A stretch of DNA of 64,000 nt, from assembly GCA_043228905.1 (NCBI GenBank), contig JBHGNT010000005.1, forward strand, positions 20,026,001-20,090,000, given 5' to 3'. The notes under the pieces were generated by a model. That model ran no database searches and was not told where the DNA came from. It was given only the letters and a program-made list of their open reading frames with translations. Shown here one piece after another: positions 1 through 13,919 of this stretch. How positions within the stretch are numbered: position 1 is the first letter of the stretch; each line of letters opens with the position of its first letter. The translations under genes and the position numbers were made by a program. Source of the DNA: Azolla caroliniana (lineage: Eukaryota > Plantae > Polypodiophyta).

Positions 1-25
1 ATACCAACCATGACATTGTGTGTCT

Positions 26-423
26 CGTTGAGGGACATTCATAACAACTTTTACTGAGCCACGAGAAATGTGTGTCTCGTTGTCAACTCGTGGCTATTGT
101 TAAGAGTCGACAACAACTTGGCTCAAGATTGAATAGAGACATTAAACCGTTTATTGGTTCGGCTCAACTCGGTTCATGCTTGAGCTCGATTTGGTATGGC
201 TCAAGTCAAACCAAACTGAGAAGTCAATGACGTTGAGGGACATTCATAACAACTTTTACTGAGCCACGAGAAATGTGTGTCTCGTTGTCAACTTGTGGCT
301 ATTGCTAAGAATCGACAACAACTTGGCTCAAGATTGAATAGAGACATTAAACCGTTTATTGCTTCGGCTTAACTCGGTTCATGCTTGAGCTCGATTTGGT
401 ATGGCTCAAGTCAAACCAAACTG
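26..423. repeat. Tandem duplication, two copies of about 193 bp (period 205 bp)
   Basis: 26-218 and 231-423 both run CGTTGAGGGACATTCATAACAAC...TCAAGTCAAACCAAACTG with only a few substitutions. Confidence 0.9.
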
Positions 424-3400
424 TTCTATGCCAAACCAGTTAAGGCTTAATTGGTTTAGCCAAACCGAGATTGCCTTAACTAGTGTCGTGGTGTGGCCAA
501 AGGTAGAGAAGGGTCAAAGAAAGGGGGTTTTCTATGAAAATATAATAATAAAAAATAAAGGTGAATAACCTAATGGTTAGAGTTGTTGACCTTGTATTAT
601 ATGCGTAGATTTTAAATCCTTGTAGCTCAATGCAAATTAAGGACTATTTATGCTCTTTCTCATTTTCAAAACAAAAAGGAAATAAAAGCATTAAATGATG
701 GAATTAAGCACCTCTGTTTCTATAAAAGGAAAAGAAGAGGGCTTATTTTAGTTCGCTCACTTTTGTGTTTTTGGAGTGCACCATTAGGCTTTTGTGATGT
801 TCTTCTCCTCCTCGACTTAAATGATGTCTTAGGGTTCTATTTTGCTCTTTGTCGCGAATATTAGGGTTCTTATTTATTGTTCTACTTCTTATTATTGTTC
901 TCAAACATACCTTGAGACATATTCTCTAGCAAGCGCCATTTCATGTTGGTGGATTGAAGGAGAGGTTCCGTAAGCTTGCACATCGACCATTTGAAGGGAG
1001 GACAGAGTGGCCTGAGAACACTAATGTGATTCAAAGCATCATAGCTGTCAGAGGTAGTCACCGTCTTGATGGCCCACTCAACTCGCCTACTCACGTGTTG
1101 TGTAGTTACGCATATGCATGTGAAATCTGCGCAAGACCATCAGGGACTTGAACATTTAGAAATAAGTTGGACAACCAACACGGAGGTGAAAAATACGTTT
1201 GTCTAATGAGAGCTCGAGGATGAGTTCTACATTCAACAACCTAGTATTATCAGAATCCAAAATTACATCATATATTAGCTTGAGATATCATTGTACAACC
1301 TCAAGCACGAAACGAGGTTGCAACACTAAATGATCAAGAAATGCTTGAGCTACATCCACTTCCTGATGTAAATATATAATGCAAGGTGACCCATATTTTG
1401 TGTTAGTTGGCGAACAAGGAGAAGGAGAAGATACATTATCCACTTCCCAATGTAGTTATATGGAATGGCATCTATATCTAAGGCCAGGTGACCCATAAAT
1501 TGTGTTGATTGTTGGCAAAGAAGGAGAAGGAGAAGGAGAATATATAAGGAGTCCTAAAAAGAATAAAGGGGGCTACAAATGGACAAACTTGAGACAATTC
1601 ACTCTACATATTAGTTGATTCCAACAGTATATGCTCATTTAATGTTTGTTAATGACTACATGATTCACGAAGAACATTTGTTTGCCAATTAGAATGTTAA
1701 GTGTCAATTGGTCACTAATTTTCAGATGAAAAATATATGCAAGCTTGTTCTTGTTCAATTTAGCACTACAAAATGTAAACTAATCATGACCATCTTGAGT
1801 AGACTTTGGATCTACCATCCATAATGAGAGAGAGAGAGAGAGAGAATATTGACACGTTATTTACCAATTAATCTATATGAAGATCACCCAAACCAACCTT
1901 AGTCGATTTATTTAGATTACATGGCATAATATGTGCACTATGGGTTGTGGTATCTTCTAAAATGCAATAATTTTGATTCAGCTAAAGGGCTACACATTTG
2001 TTTGATGGATTAATGGTTGATACAAAGCGATCCCATTCTTGGAGCAACAAGGTGTAGCCTATTATCGCTACGTGGAGCATCAAGGCAAAGTATAGAGGCA
2101 CGATGAATGATGCATGCGATGTTATGTGGCTCAAATAAATGTTAAGGAACACTAACATAAGTAATTGAACGTTTAATTTGTTACATGTCCTTCATGCTTG
2201 TCACTATATTTTCTCCAATGTATTATGTGAAATTTTATCAAATCACTTGGTACAATGCAAACCCTCAATCCATCCATCCCAAAATGGCCTTCCATCTTGT
2301 GCTAAATAAAGTTTTGCTCATGGCCCATCGGGTTCTATACCTAATCATCATCCTTGGATTTAAGCTCTTTCTTTCTATTATTCAATATTTGATCGGGGCC
2401 ATCATGAAACCACGTGAAATGTATGCCTTGGGAAGAATCGTCGGCATTTTGAGCCAAGATTAAGCATCTCAACAAACCATAAGTTGTGATTTCATTGAGA
2501 AAACACAATTAAAATTCAAACCTATGACCCTCATGTTATTAACAATACAATCTAAACCCATTTACTTAGCGTGATGATTGCTAGTTTGGATCTTATTATC
2601 AAAATTCATGGCATGCACGTAATCTACCAATAACTAGAATACTTGAGTTGGAAGAATATTGCTCATTGCATGTATTTCCCATTGTCTCATTTCATAAACA
2701 AGAAAAATGAAGAAGAAAAGAGGAATCTTGAACATGAGCATAACTTCAGTGGACAAATTGGAGATAGATGCAAGGCAAGGGATGCACTCATGACATATTT
2801 CACGTGACCCATTGGTCCTAAAAGAAATGCCTCGGATGAAGCAACCTATGCTTCTCTCTTAAGTGACAACTTACAAGAACTTTAGATAGGATAAAGGTAT
2901 CCAATCCTACCAATGTTTGCGATATGTACAATAACCTACATATAGGAAACCACTCACGACTCCACTTTCCACTAACATTGCATTGGTTGGCTCCACAAAA
3001 TGCGAGGTATGTTTCGAAGCACGTTTTTAAGGACTACATCATCTACAGTAAGCTGCAAATGGCATTTGTTCGATTACATTCATCAAGGGGTCTCATAAGA
3101 GAGATACAAACAACTACGGGGCCTATTCTTATCAAGATAATCTGGTAGCAAACAAACCCAGACACACATATACGCAAATTTGCGGACTGCTTTTGTTTCC
3201 CCTCCCCGGATGCTCTCCGCCGGTTCGCAGTACGATATAATTTCAACTATGCAACCATATGGTATGTTGGCGGAAGTATGCGATACGTTACTGAATGAAG
3301 TTTTCTTCTTCTTCTTTATCTTTAGTTTGTCTCGAATACATTCATAAGGGTATCTGAGGTTTTAGATGATATGATCTCTGTAGTGTGTGTGTGTGTGTGT

Positions 3401-3529
3401 GTCTTCCTGCACCAGATCGGGACCGAGACGGGGATCGGGTTCTTCGGGCAAATGTGGTTGTGGTGTTTTGTTTTGTTTTGGGCAGGGTCGGTGTGTTGTC
3501 CTAGTGTGAAACGGAGCCTGCCTTCTCTC

Positions 3530-3549
3530 TAGGGTTTCCCAAACCCTAA
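3530..3549. promoter_or_regulatory. Paired telo-boxes upstream of the RPL37 start
   Basis: TAGGGTTT (3530-3537) and AAACCCTAA (3541-3549) lie about 120 bp upstream of the ATG. Telo-boxes are established elements of plant ribosomal-protein promoters. A pyrimidine-rich leader follows. Confidence 0.7.
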
Positions 3550-3661
3550 CCTAAAAAAGCCATCTCCTGCGAAACCCTACCTCCCTTCCTTCCTTTCAAT
3601 CTTCTGCTTCTGCTTCTGCTCTTCTGCTGCTGCCTCTTCGCGGAGTACACAGGAGAAAGCC

Positions 3662-5944
3662 ATGGTAAGCTTCTTCTTCTTCTTTTTCCTCCTCCTCTGT
3701 CTGTCTGTCTTTCTGTCTTTCTGTCTGTCTGTGTTTCTCCCCTCCTTCTGCGCTTTCTTCCGTTCACATCCCTCTCCTCCCTTGAAGGCTGCCACGAATT
3801 TGAGGAAGTGCTCAATTGAGATGTCTGCCGATGTGTCGCTGTCATGTTCTTCCCGTTCTCTCTTTTCTCCTCTTCCGCTCTCTCTAGATTCATTCGGCGG
3901 AAGTAACAGGCACTGCTCGAGAAACGCATGATCTAATTGGTAATATGGCGATTCATAGCCTCTCGGAGATTTACTGAGTTGCGTATTCATGTAGTGCTTG
4001 TACCTGTCTTTGGATTTAAACGACTCGAGACCTCGAAGCACTTTGAAGAAGTGCATGTACAGTAATGTAGTATTGTCATAGCTAGTGGTCGCAGAGGTCG
4101 ACTGAACTAAGCTTTCATCAAATGCTCGTATTTGTTAAGAGATCCAGTGCTTGTACATGTGAATTTTTGGCCGAAACTGTTGGAAGGCAATACTTCTAAG
4201 ATAATTTAGTCATGTTTCCTTCCTTAAAGCTCAAATGAGTTATGGTTTTAGCTAAAGTATTTATTATCTCTGAAGATGCTGTTATTATGCATGTGATTTT
4301 GCATAGCAAGTTATGGTTGGTATCCTGTAATGCTCGACGGAAATACATCATTGAGGATTACGAAGTAGACTTAGACTATTTCTTGTGTTCCATGAATATG
4401 TTGTGCCTTTAGAGATATTTATGTTAACGAATTTATGTAAAAGTTTTTCCTATCCTGTCTAGACTAATGGTGTAATGATAATGGATCCACATAATTGCCT
4501 ATACTCATTTCCGGTGACTAACATCTTCCGGAGATTTACAGAATGAAAAATCTAGGATTATTGTGGCGTTGATTTTGATCTTTTGCTATCTATTCTTACA
4601 TTTCAATTGATTCTGGAAGCTTAAAGCTGCAGAGTAATCTCTATCGGTGATTTTGTTTTTATTGCTATTAGATCTTTGTGTATTAACCTCGCATGGAGTT
4701 CTTTTTCAAATGATCTTTCATCCTTTCAGTTTTTGCAATTGAATCCATTTTATCATGTGGTGAAACCAATTCTGGTCAACGTCTCTATCAAAATTGTTTT
4801 CTTGGGTTTTTATCTTTTGAAAAGATCGTACTGTTTTGGATGCACGATTTATCTTTGTTTCTACCCTTCATAATAGCATCAGTGTTCTGTTTAGGAATCT
4901 CTCTATTTAAGATTGTCTTGTGTTGACTATTTTTGATTTACCTTTGTTGTTGATGCAGTCTATGTCTCAGAAATCGAATCTTTACATTTTTCCTGTTATA
5001 TTTTTGGTAGGGCAAAGGTACGGGAAGTTTTGGTAAGCGGAGGAACAAGAGTCATACCGTTTGTAGGAGGTGTGGGAAAACGAGTTTCCATATCCAGAAG
5101 GGACGTTGCTCGTCTTGTGCATTCCCTGCTAAGCGTACCCGACACTGTATGTTGATACTGTCTTCTTCCTTGATGTTCTTTTTGTCCATTTTCATTACAT
5201 ACGTAAATTCTCGTTGGTTTTTAAATTTACTTGATTGTGCATATCTCAAATCAAGCACTTCAATTTTTTAATTCGGTTTTTTTCACCACGTCCTCATTTG
5301 AAGCTCATTTATTTTAATCCATGAAACCCATCAAAGCTTGGATTTTTCTCAAGAGTATTTTTTTGAACTCATTTCTTTTTTGATATATATTTGGATTGAT
5401 TCATTTGATGTGATTTGTTTTCACTGCTGGATCAACATCTTTTTAGGAAAAAGTAATATATCCAAGGCATTGAGTAGCATAATATATTTCAATGCGTGTT
5501 TGTAAATATTATTGTTTGACCATTTATTATAGGAACATAAAATCTTCAAGTAGTACAATTTGAGTAAAATCTTTATTTGACTACCTTCAATTCATCAGGA
5601 AGATTATATAGCCTATGAGTTGTCAACTTTATTTCAGATTTGGTTCACCATGTTCATGGAAATTATAGCCTTTTTTGTTGAAAATTAGATAACTGGAGTG
5701 TGAAGGCCATCAGGAGGAAAACCACTGGGACTGGAAGGATGAGGCATCTCAAAGATCTTCCAAGACGTTTCAAAAACAACTTTAGAGAGGGTAATTTTTA
5801 TTTCTCGGATATGATATGGTGTTTCATCATTATGTTTTACGATGTCCTTAAGGTATTTTGATGCTGTGGATTTACTTCTGCTCTTTGGCTTTTTTAGGTA
5901 CCACTGCACGTCCTAATCAGGCGAAGGTTACTGCTTTGTCATAG
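3662..5944 (+). CDS. RPL37: 60S ribosomal protein L37 (eL37), 95 aa, 4 exons
   Basis: Exons 3662-3664 (ATG only, then gtaagc), 5011-5146, 5689-5790 and 5898-5944, all with GT-AG introns. Spliced product: [95 protein letters not shown], with the eL37 C2-C2 zinc finger. Not in the ORF track because it is spliced. Confidence 0.95.
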
Positions 5945-8900
5945 AGAATGCTGATTTCAGCTTGCGAAGTTGTGTAGTAGCACCACTGGTTTTTCACTTT
6001 TGAATGATTCTCATTTGACAGTATTATCAAATTGACCTGTTTTGACCGATATTAGCTTCTTTATGTGTAGTTTTATTTTCATTTGCAATGAATGAGTTCT
6101 ATGAAAGCAGAGGTTCTGTCAGGATGCAGTTAGTTCTAGTGTTTATTCTTTTTGCAGTGTAACTCCAGTATGTTGTGCAAATTATGAGAAGCTGTGATTT
6201 CAAATTATGGCTGGTCTTGACTGTTGACTGTATACATGTTATTTATTGTCTCAGTTTTTGTATTTTTTGTGATATCTTAATATGGAAAAGGATGCTATGT
6301 GAATTACAGTGCATTCCTCAGGAAAAGCGTAGCCATGTTAATTCCAGAGCATTTAGATTTTGACCTCTATTATATTATGTCAATGTCAGGTCTAAAGGAA
6401 CTGTCTTGGGTTTTTAAAAACATCCCTAGCTCTCAACGTGTAAGTCTGAAATTCGTGTCAAGATCTATCAAGTTTGTTCAATTCTGCTATGTTTTGTTAT
6501 GCCTAGCACGGTATTGTTGAATATAGGCATGTGATTTCGAAAAAAAATGTGATTTTAAGAGCCATTATTTGTGTTTTCCAAATAAGAATAATATACTCCA
6601 TTAGTTAAAATGACATACAATACACAACTTTAGTCATTACCTACTTCCACATGGGCTAACTCACTTATTTATCTTACACTCAATAGCTCACATATTTATT
6701 CTCCAATGTTTCTCATGTGATTCACGCCCCTTATTGGGAGGGAGGAACAACCATCTCCGTGCTATGTGTTGCCACTGTATATCCCAAGAGTGATTATTTA
6801 TTGTGGTGGTCTTCTATATGACAGTTTTTTCAGAATTGTGAAACCAATTTTCTGTATGATTTGTGATATCAATAGTAAAAATGTGTATATATGCCTTTTA
6901 TTAAAGTATCTGAGTATAATATCTAGGGGAGTTAATTGTGCTATTTCTGACCAAAATACTTACATGAGTGGTTTTTCCCATCGTGTATATGTTATTTTGG
7001 AACGAGCTTCTATAGTTTTTGATAAGGTATATTTGAATGGTGATATGAAAGCATCTGGACCATTTGGTTTAATTCAATGTTTTGTTTACTGGGGATTGTC
7101 TGACTTTGAGAAAATGCCAGATCTTTATTTACACATTTGTTATTTATTCTACTTCACATCAGTATTCCTCGAGTTATATGCATTGAACCCATGCTTTTTC
7201 CCATTAGTAAGAAACTTATGTTAATTACGTATCATAGAAATGATACTTCTGAAGCATTAGATTTTTATGATTGGTGCTGGATCAGCTTGGCGTGAAATGG
7301 GGATCTGTTAAAAACCTGTTGGACTATCTTAGATGATTCTAAGGCCCATTGACTAATCTTACAGATACAAGCAAATGCAGGGTTTGTAACCTAATCACAA
7401 AATCCATGTACAAAGTCAATCTGAATATTCTAAAAGCCTCATGTCTTTCAATGGGGTGACCTGCGGATTAGCAGCTGTGTCATGAGAATGTTCATTTGGA
7501 ATGTCAATGATTTTCCTTCCAGACGTCTAGCCCTTTTGGAAATTTAGTACATCTTGAACACTTTCCATTTTTCAGCGTGGTATTTGTCTTTTGGTAAATT
7601 CTTCCCAAATCATATTACAGCTATACTTTGCCTTCATGAATCGTCTTGACTGATAGTATCCACCATCATCGCAGAAATCTTTGATGTGATGGCCCTGATT
7701 CTTTGTTATGGAATGTCATGGTTAAGTTCATAACCATTGAATATGTTCAAATGTAAGGTTTAGAATTACAAGATGAAGATGAAGAAGCAATATTAGGGCT
7801 AGCATTCAGAAGATAAAGAAGAATGACGAATATGTTTCATTTTAATATGGATAATACTTGAAAACTTTTTTTATTAAAGAAAGCATATGCGCATTTAGAA
7901 AAAATTCCCTTGCAACTGAATCAATTCATCAAGATATTTTGGTATTAATCGAATCAGGTATTCTACTATGGAGTAGTATTAATTGCTAATGTGGTCCATT
8001 CTGCTTTTCTTCCAGGGTTGGTGTTCACCTGTGTATATCCACCATACCTCTATTGAAAGCCGATTCTGTAACGAAAAACCTATCAGATTTATGGATAGAT
8101 TTGCTAATGAGTTTCTCACTTTTGTGTGAGTCATGAAATGGATAGGATAGAGAGGAGATTGATGAGTTGGTATAGACTTATCCATATCATTAAATACGAT
8201 TTCTGTTTAACATCATTGATTTTTTATCTTGATGGTGGTAGTTTTTATGAGCCAAATTCCCATTCCTCTTCGAAATGGATAGACAATACATGTAGACAAT
8301 GCTTCATTAGGAAGATTATTCTGCAATACCAGATTTTTCTAATGAAGCATATCCACTTAACTTCAAAAACTATGCATATGACACTAAATAGATGATTTGT
8401 TAGTTATGGTCACCATCAAAGTGTCTTGCTAAATTACAAGATTTAATTACAAATTTAGTCTCATCAGAAACTAATTCACTAATTGCTTAAATCAGTAGAA
8501 ACGGTTTTTTGCAATCCGCATTGAAGTTGGGCACTGGACAATATCATGTGAGGGTGGGGGGAAGCTTCAACTGCTAATTTTGCTTCTAATATGATGTTTA
8601 ATTTTAAATTTCGTGAACTTAGTATTAGTAGACTTGACTTTTGATAGAGAACATCTAGGGAAAATGTGCTGTTTACAGCCACATAAGAGGCATATATTGG
8701 GTGTCTCCCAAGAAGTGCAATAGGTCATACCAAGAATCTTTTGCAAACAAATTTGGTTTGGCAGATACAAGAAATGTGAGAGTATTGAACTCTTGTCTCA
8801 AATCATTCTCCATTGCAATTGTGATATTCCATCCTACTGTATAACAGCATTTATTATCTGTCAATCAATATGGTTTACACATATTTGCAGAACTAAGGAG

Positions 8901-9244
8901 CCTTTTTGTTTTAGTAAGAAGATTTTGCAAATGCCCATAACATGTCGACAAGTTGGAAACACAGTCTTTGTTTGGTCACCTCCTATCACCTCCTTATGTT
9001 CCTCCTATCTTATATTCCGGGTTAGCTGTTGACCAAGACAGTTTATATAAAGAGTTAAAAATGTAGCAAACAATCAAGCAAATCCCTTTCAAAATACTTT
9101 TCTGCTTTGGGATAAAGTGAAAACTATTGTTTGGTTGCCATGTAACACTGCTCTGAGTGGTAGGACCTCGATAGTATAACATTTATGGATAAGATCCCAT
9201 TGAATTAATGCATAACATGAGCATATTATACCTAATCTCATAAT

Positions 9245-11392
9245 CTATGAGAGTTGAGCTTGAAACACCTCCAACAATTTGGATGCATCATGAAATCTAC
9301 CACGCTCTTTTAGACTCTTGATTACCATCTCACACAATGATTTACTTGGCTTTAGCCCCATATCGTGCATCTCAACCAATAGCTTGTAGGCTTCGGTTAC
9401 TTTTTCGACCTCACAAAGACCTCCCACCAATGCATTTAAGGAGGTGATAGGAGGAACATAACCCTTCTCCTTCACTTCTAGGAACAAATTATAACCAACA
9501 TCAGTTTTCTTCAATTTACAGAGGGTAACAATGAGAGACCCATATGTGCTCACATCGGGTGCAAACCCTCTCTCAAGCATCTTTTTCAACATCATGAGTG
9601 CTCCTTCAGGAAGCTCAACTTTACAGAAACCATTGATAAGGCTCACAAATGTGAAATTCGTAGGCAAACAATCGGCTTCTTCCATTTTTTCCAAGGCTTG
9701 GACGGCTTTTGACATCTTCCCCGCTTTTGACAAACCATGAATCAAAGAGTTAAATACATCGGCATTTGGAGCACATCCTTTATCAACCATTTCGCTCAAC
9801 ACTTTGTAAGCTTCATCGAAGTTTCCTGCTCTGCAAAAACCATCTAAAAGAGCTCCATGAATACCTATCCCTGGTACATGACCTCTACTCAACATATCGA
9901 GATATACTTGCTTTGCATACCCAAGACGACCTTCTTTACATAACCCATCAAGAAGCACTTGAAAACAATCGCCAGAAAGCAGTTTGAATCTCAAAATATC
10001 TTTCCATAGTTTGAATGCAGAGCAAGCTTCGCCGCTTCTACAAAGGCTAGAAAGGACCATATTGCATGTGGTATCCGGTATATTTTCGTTTGTGAGTAGC
10101 TTTGCCATCAATGTGGAAGCTTCATTACCCCTAGCATCTAAACAAAGGCTTTCAAGCAATGTGGCACATGTTCCTACTTCAAAGGCAAAACCATTTTCCA
10201 ATGCCTCCCCTACAAGCTTTTCGGCTTCCTTAAAAGACTTTTCCTTGCATAAACTACCTACCAGGATTGCATATGTTCTAGCATCAGGTTTATACTTCTT
10301 GTCCTTCATCTCTCTAAACACTTCAATAGCAACATTAACATGAGAATTCTCGCAAAGACCCGACATTAGAGTGTTGAAAGCAACCGTGTCAAGCTCAAGT
10401 TTTGTGAAGTCTCGTAGTATGCTAACTGCTTTCTCTATCTCATTTGCTTTGCATAATCCATTGAAGAGAGCACTATATGTCAAGACATTGGGCACAATAC
10501 CATCATGAAGCATATCATCAAAGAAATTGCAAGCAATTTGGATTTGTCCAGTCTTACAAGACCCATCAATTAAGGTTGTATAAGTAACAACATCCGGATG
10601 GAGACCTGATTTCTTCATGCGATCAAGTATGGTTTGTGCTTTTTGGAATTGATTCTCTTTCAAGGTTGCATTCAAAACGCATGAATAATGCTTCTCGTTC
10701 GGCTTCTTTCCTGAACTTTCCATTAGATCAAGCAAATCAATGGCGGAATCGATGAGACCTGCCCATCCATAAGCTTTGATCAAAACCACATACTTGGATG
10801 GGGTCATCTCATACTTCTCAAAATGCATATTTGAGAGTATGTCTAAGAAAGCTTTGAAATCTTTTTCATGACCCCAGATTTTAGATATAGCTTTTATAGC
10901 AAAAGCATTATGCTCGTAACCTTCCTTTTGAGATGCCCAAATATAGAATCTTAGAGAATCTTTTGGATTCTTCAACAATTTCATCACATCCAAAACATGG
11001 AGAGACGTTAACCTAATACTGGAGCTCTGAAAAGCTTCGAAGGCACCCAGATAATCTCTTTTAGCCATGAGTTTGCATAGATCGGACACCTCATCATTAT
11101 AACCCACATCTTTTATATGACTCCCCCATGGGGACTCTTCTTCAACATGAGATGTGGAGAAATTCCTCAAGGAAACACCAGGAAACAAAGGAAGTGGAAG
11201 TGACCTGGAAGAAGAACATGAAGGAACCTTTTCAATAATCCGTGTATTAGAAGGGGGGGAGCTAGATGAAGCATTGTTGAGGAAGGGGCCAAGGAGATGG
11301 GGAAAAGAAGCACGAGCGGACCGGAAACTGTATCGCCCTCTTACAGAAGAAGAAAGAAGAAGAAGAAGAAGAAGCTTGGGAGGAGAAGGCAT
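9245..11392 (-). CDS. P-class pentatricopeptide repeat protein, about 715 aa, probably organelle-targeted
   Basis: About 15-16 tandem 35-aa motifs (e.g. YTTLIDGSCKTGQIQIACNFFDDMLHDGIVPNVLT; HGALLDGFCRAGNFDEAYKVLSEMVDKGCAPNADV) with no E/DYW tail. The likely start is the ATG at 11392 (MPSPPKLLL...), followed by an R/S-rich, acid-poor presequence-like stretch ending ...LRNFST. The ORF track extends to 11635 only because the frame stays open into a tandem repeat. Confidence 0.93.
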   Translation of the reverse strand: MPSPPKLLLLLLLSSSVRGRYSFRSARASFPHLLGPFLNNASSSSPPSNTRIIEKVPSCSSSRSLPLPLFPGVSLRNFSTSHVEEESPWGSHIKDVGYNDEVSDLCKLMAKRDYLGAFEAFQSSSIRLTSLHVLDVMKLLKNPKDSLRFYIWASQKEGYEHNAFAIKAISKIWGHEKDFKAFLDILSNMHFEKYEMTPSKYVVLIKAYGWAGLIDSAIDLLDLMESSGKKPNEKHYSCVLNATLKENQFQKAQTILDRMKKSGLHPDVVTYTTLIDGSCKTGQIQIACNFFDDMLHDGIVPNVLTYSALFNGLCKANEIEKAVSILRDFTKLELDTVAFNTLMSGLCENSHVNVAIEVFREMKDKKYKPDARTYAILVGSLCKEKSFKEAEKLVGEALENGFAFEVGTCATLLESLCLDARGNEASTLMAKLLTNENIPDTTCNMVLSSLCRSGEACSAFKLWKDILRFKLLSGDCFQVLLDGLCKEGRLGYAKQVYLDMLSRGHVPGIGIHGALLDGFCRAGNFDEAYKVLSEMVDKGCAPNADVFNSLIHGLSKAGKMSKAVQALEKMEEADCLPTNFTFVSLINGFCKVELPEGALMMLKKMLERGFAPDVSTYGSLIVTLCKLKKTDVGYNLFLEVKEKGYVPPITSLNALVGGLCEVEKVTEAYKLLVEMHDMGLKPSKSLCEMVIKSLKERGRFHDASKLLEVFQAQLS

Positions 11393-11538
11393 GGTGGTGG
11401 CATAGAGAAAGAAGGAGAGGCATTCTCTATGTTTTTCATTGTTAACATGTATGTATGTATGTGTAGGGTATAAGGGTTTTCTTTTTGGGGGGTGGGGGGG
11501 GGGGGGGGTTCTAGTTCTACTGGGTTTTTGAGGAAAGT

Positions 11539-11824
11539 CATTCCATGGAGAACTCTCGATTGACCTGACTTGACCGATCCTTGACCATTCCATCGAAAAC
11601 TCTTCATTGACCCGGCTTGACTGATCCTTGACCATTCCATTGAGAACTCTTCATTGACATGACTTGATTGATCCTTGACCATTCCATCGAGAACTCTTCA
11701 TTGACCCGACATTGACTGATCCTTGACCACTCCATCGAGAACTCTTGATTGACCCGACTTGACTGATGTTTGACCATTCCATGGAGAACTCTTGATCGAC
11801 CCGACTTGACCGACTGATCCTTGA
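11539..11824. repeat. Tandem repeat, about 47 bp x 6
   Basis: Unit approximately CATTCCATCGAGAACTCTTCATTGACCCGACTTGACTGATCCTTGAC, repeated head-to-tail with no spacers. Confidence 0.9.
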
Positions 11825-13919
11825 TTGTTGCATGAACTGGAAGATGGCAATCGATTGATGAGGAGGAAGAGGAGAGAGGTGTTGGCATATATGCAACAGC
11901 TAGTTGTGGAGCATTATGTTCGAAAGACACTGTCACAAACACGAAAATAATGCAATGCTGGTCATGGCAATGATGAATGAATGGTCCAAACATATAGTCT
12001 AATGGCGATGATGGACAATCCCCAATACATTGTCATTCCAATTCCTCCCAAGGCATACTGCCCATTTCAGTTAGTGGTTGGGTAGGTAAGTGCAAAATGT
12101 CTGTCGTCAGTCAATTGTCACTTAGGACCATGGGAGGGATGTTTGTTTGACAATGGAGACAAACCATTCATCAATAGCGAGGGTGGAAATATGTAATAAT
12201 AATGAAGAAGTGCAAGTGACTATTTGTGGATCAATGTTTGGTAATCATTATGGGAAGGTAAGTGTCGACAAATGCTCGCCGTTCACCCTTCCAAATGAAC
12301 ATGAAGATGTATTTCCCTTTAGGTATGATCCTGCATGTGCTAATGGGATGCCAAAAACACTTTTCTATCTCATGCATATACTTGACCTAAACCTTTTTCA
12401 AAATTAGCAAGCAACAAAAAACATCAAATTCGTGAATACACTTGCTCTTGTTGAGTACACTCACTAAATCTAGGGAAAAACCATATGATACGCCTCGTCT
12501 ACACCGTTTATCTAGGAAGACCACCATTTCCAATCACACAAGGATATTCTGCAACAAAAAGACATGCATGAAAGTTGGCGAGACACCACATTTCCATGGC
12601 AAGGTGATAAGCTATAAACCACACATTAATCAATTGCTAATTCTCCCCCATAGTTGGATTTTCAAATATTTTGTGCCACATAAAGAACGTAACACCCTCA
12701 AGCTCAAGCTACCAATGCCAATTGTTTTCACACTCCATGAATTGAAAAGCTTAAATGAATACACATAATACAATGTCTTAGACAAGTTGCATCATCACAT
12801 TACATTACTATATTGATAGTTGTCCATGATGATTATGTTGGGATCAATTAGTGGGCAACAAATGTTTAATACATTTGTGTGAAGGATTAGAAGCACAATG
12901 TGCAAGAAACCATTAAACGAGAGAGTGAGTGAGGCGAGAGACATTGTTTAGGCACACAAAAATTACTCTCTATTTTAACAACACTAAAAACATTACAAGA
13001 AGTTGTATATATACAACATATGACCAAGTTAACCCTTTTGTTAATCTAGGTATGTGGCCATTACCATACATACACTACAGTTTGACACTATGTAGCAGAT
13101 TCAACTAGTTACTGTTGTCATGATGTGGGAAATGCAAAGGAGGAAATAGGCTAAACTAGGAATATTAAAAAGATTGAATGATAGGTTGAGGGTGTAGTAT
13201 GAAGGATATGTAACGAGTTGCATTTTAAAATAATAAAAAAGTCTTAGCTTAATTGCCAAGGGCTTGTTAAAGCTTTTTACTAGCATCAAGCGCCAAGAGG
13301 GGAAAGTCATGTATACCAGTGAAAAATAAAAAAGCGTAGTGTGTGCTAAATTAAAAAAACCTCATTAATTTTCTTGGAGAGAAAGCCTCTTAAAACCTAT
13401 AAAAGGGTGAAGAGAACTCATTGTTAGGGTAGGAAAGTGAGACATGCGGACGTGCTGCCAAATTCAAACGCAAGGAAGTTAGGGTTATGAATCAAGAGGA
13501 TGTGTAAGACCAATATCAACAAGAGGTCAAGTGGTCATTGTTGTTGGGATGTTGCATTGAAACTCAAGGATCTCCCCTTGAAGCTGTACTTGCGAACCTA
13601 TCTTTGCCATTTATTCTTTTCTTCTTCATCCTCATCTTCTTCTCTTGAACATACTTGAGATCTTAGGGTTTAATTTTCTTCTTCTTTATGGATATTAGGT
13701 TCTTAGTTCTTATTTTATTTCTGAAAAATTATCACCGTTGTAGTCTTTTATCCCAAAAACTAGTAATTCCTATTTTATAATTAGAGATTTTTTCTCTTAA
13801 TCTAGCATTTCTAGATTTAATATTGTGAAAACCATTCGTAATTTCCTATTCTTTGGGCTAATCATGTGTTTCACTCATAACTTCATGCATTAATCGTTGC
13901 TCCGATTGTTGTTTTTACC

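Noticed and set aside
484-1154. Solo-LTR-like blocks with CTATAAA motifs (also about 13116-13900 and 33535-33763)
   Set aside because: No TSD, partner LTR or PBS to fix the boundaries; probably old TE debris, but not supportable.
3546-4056. Overlapping ORFs of 89-159 aa
   Set aside because: Low-complexity translations of the CT-rich RPL37 leader and first intron.
3665-5010. Intronic snoRNA in RPL37
   Set aside because: No convincing C/D box pair with a terminal stem was found by eye; a covariance-model search would be needed.
11393-11635. 796-aa version of the PPR ORF
   Set aside because: The extra 81 codons derive from the tandem repeat and a homopolymer run; the ATG at 11392 gives a plausible targeting peptide.
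11539-11824. CRISPR-like appearance of short periodic repeats (also 37090-37378 and 60869-61010)
   Set aside because: Units are head-to-tail with no unique spacers, there are no cas genes, and the context is eukaryotic.
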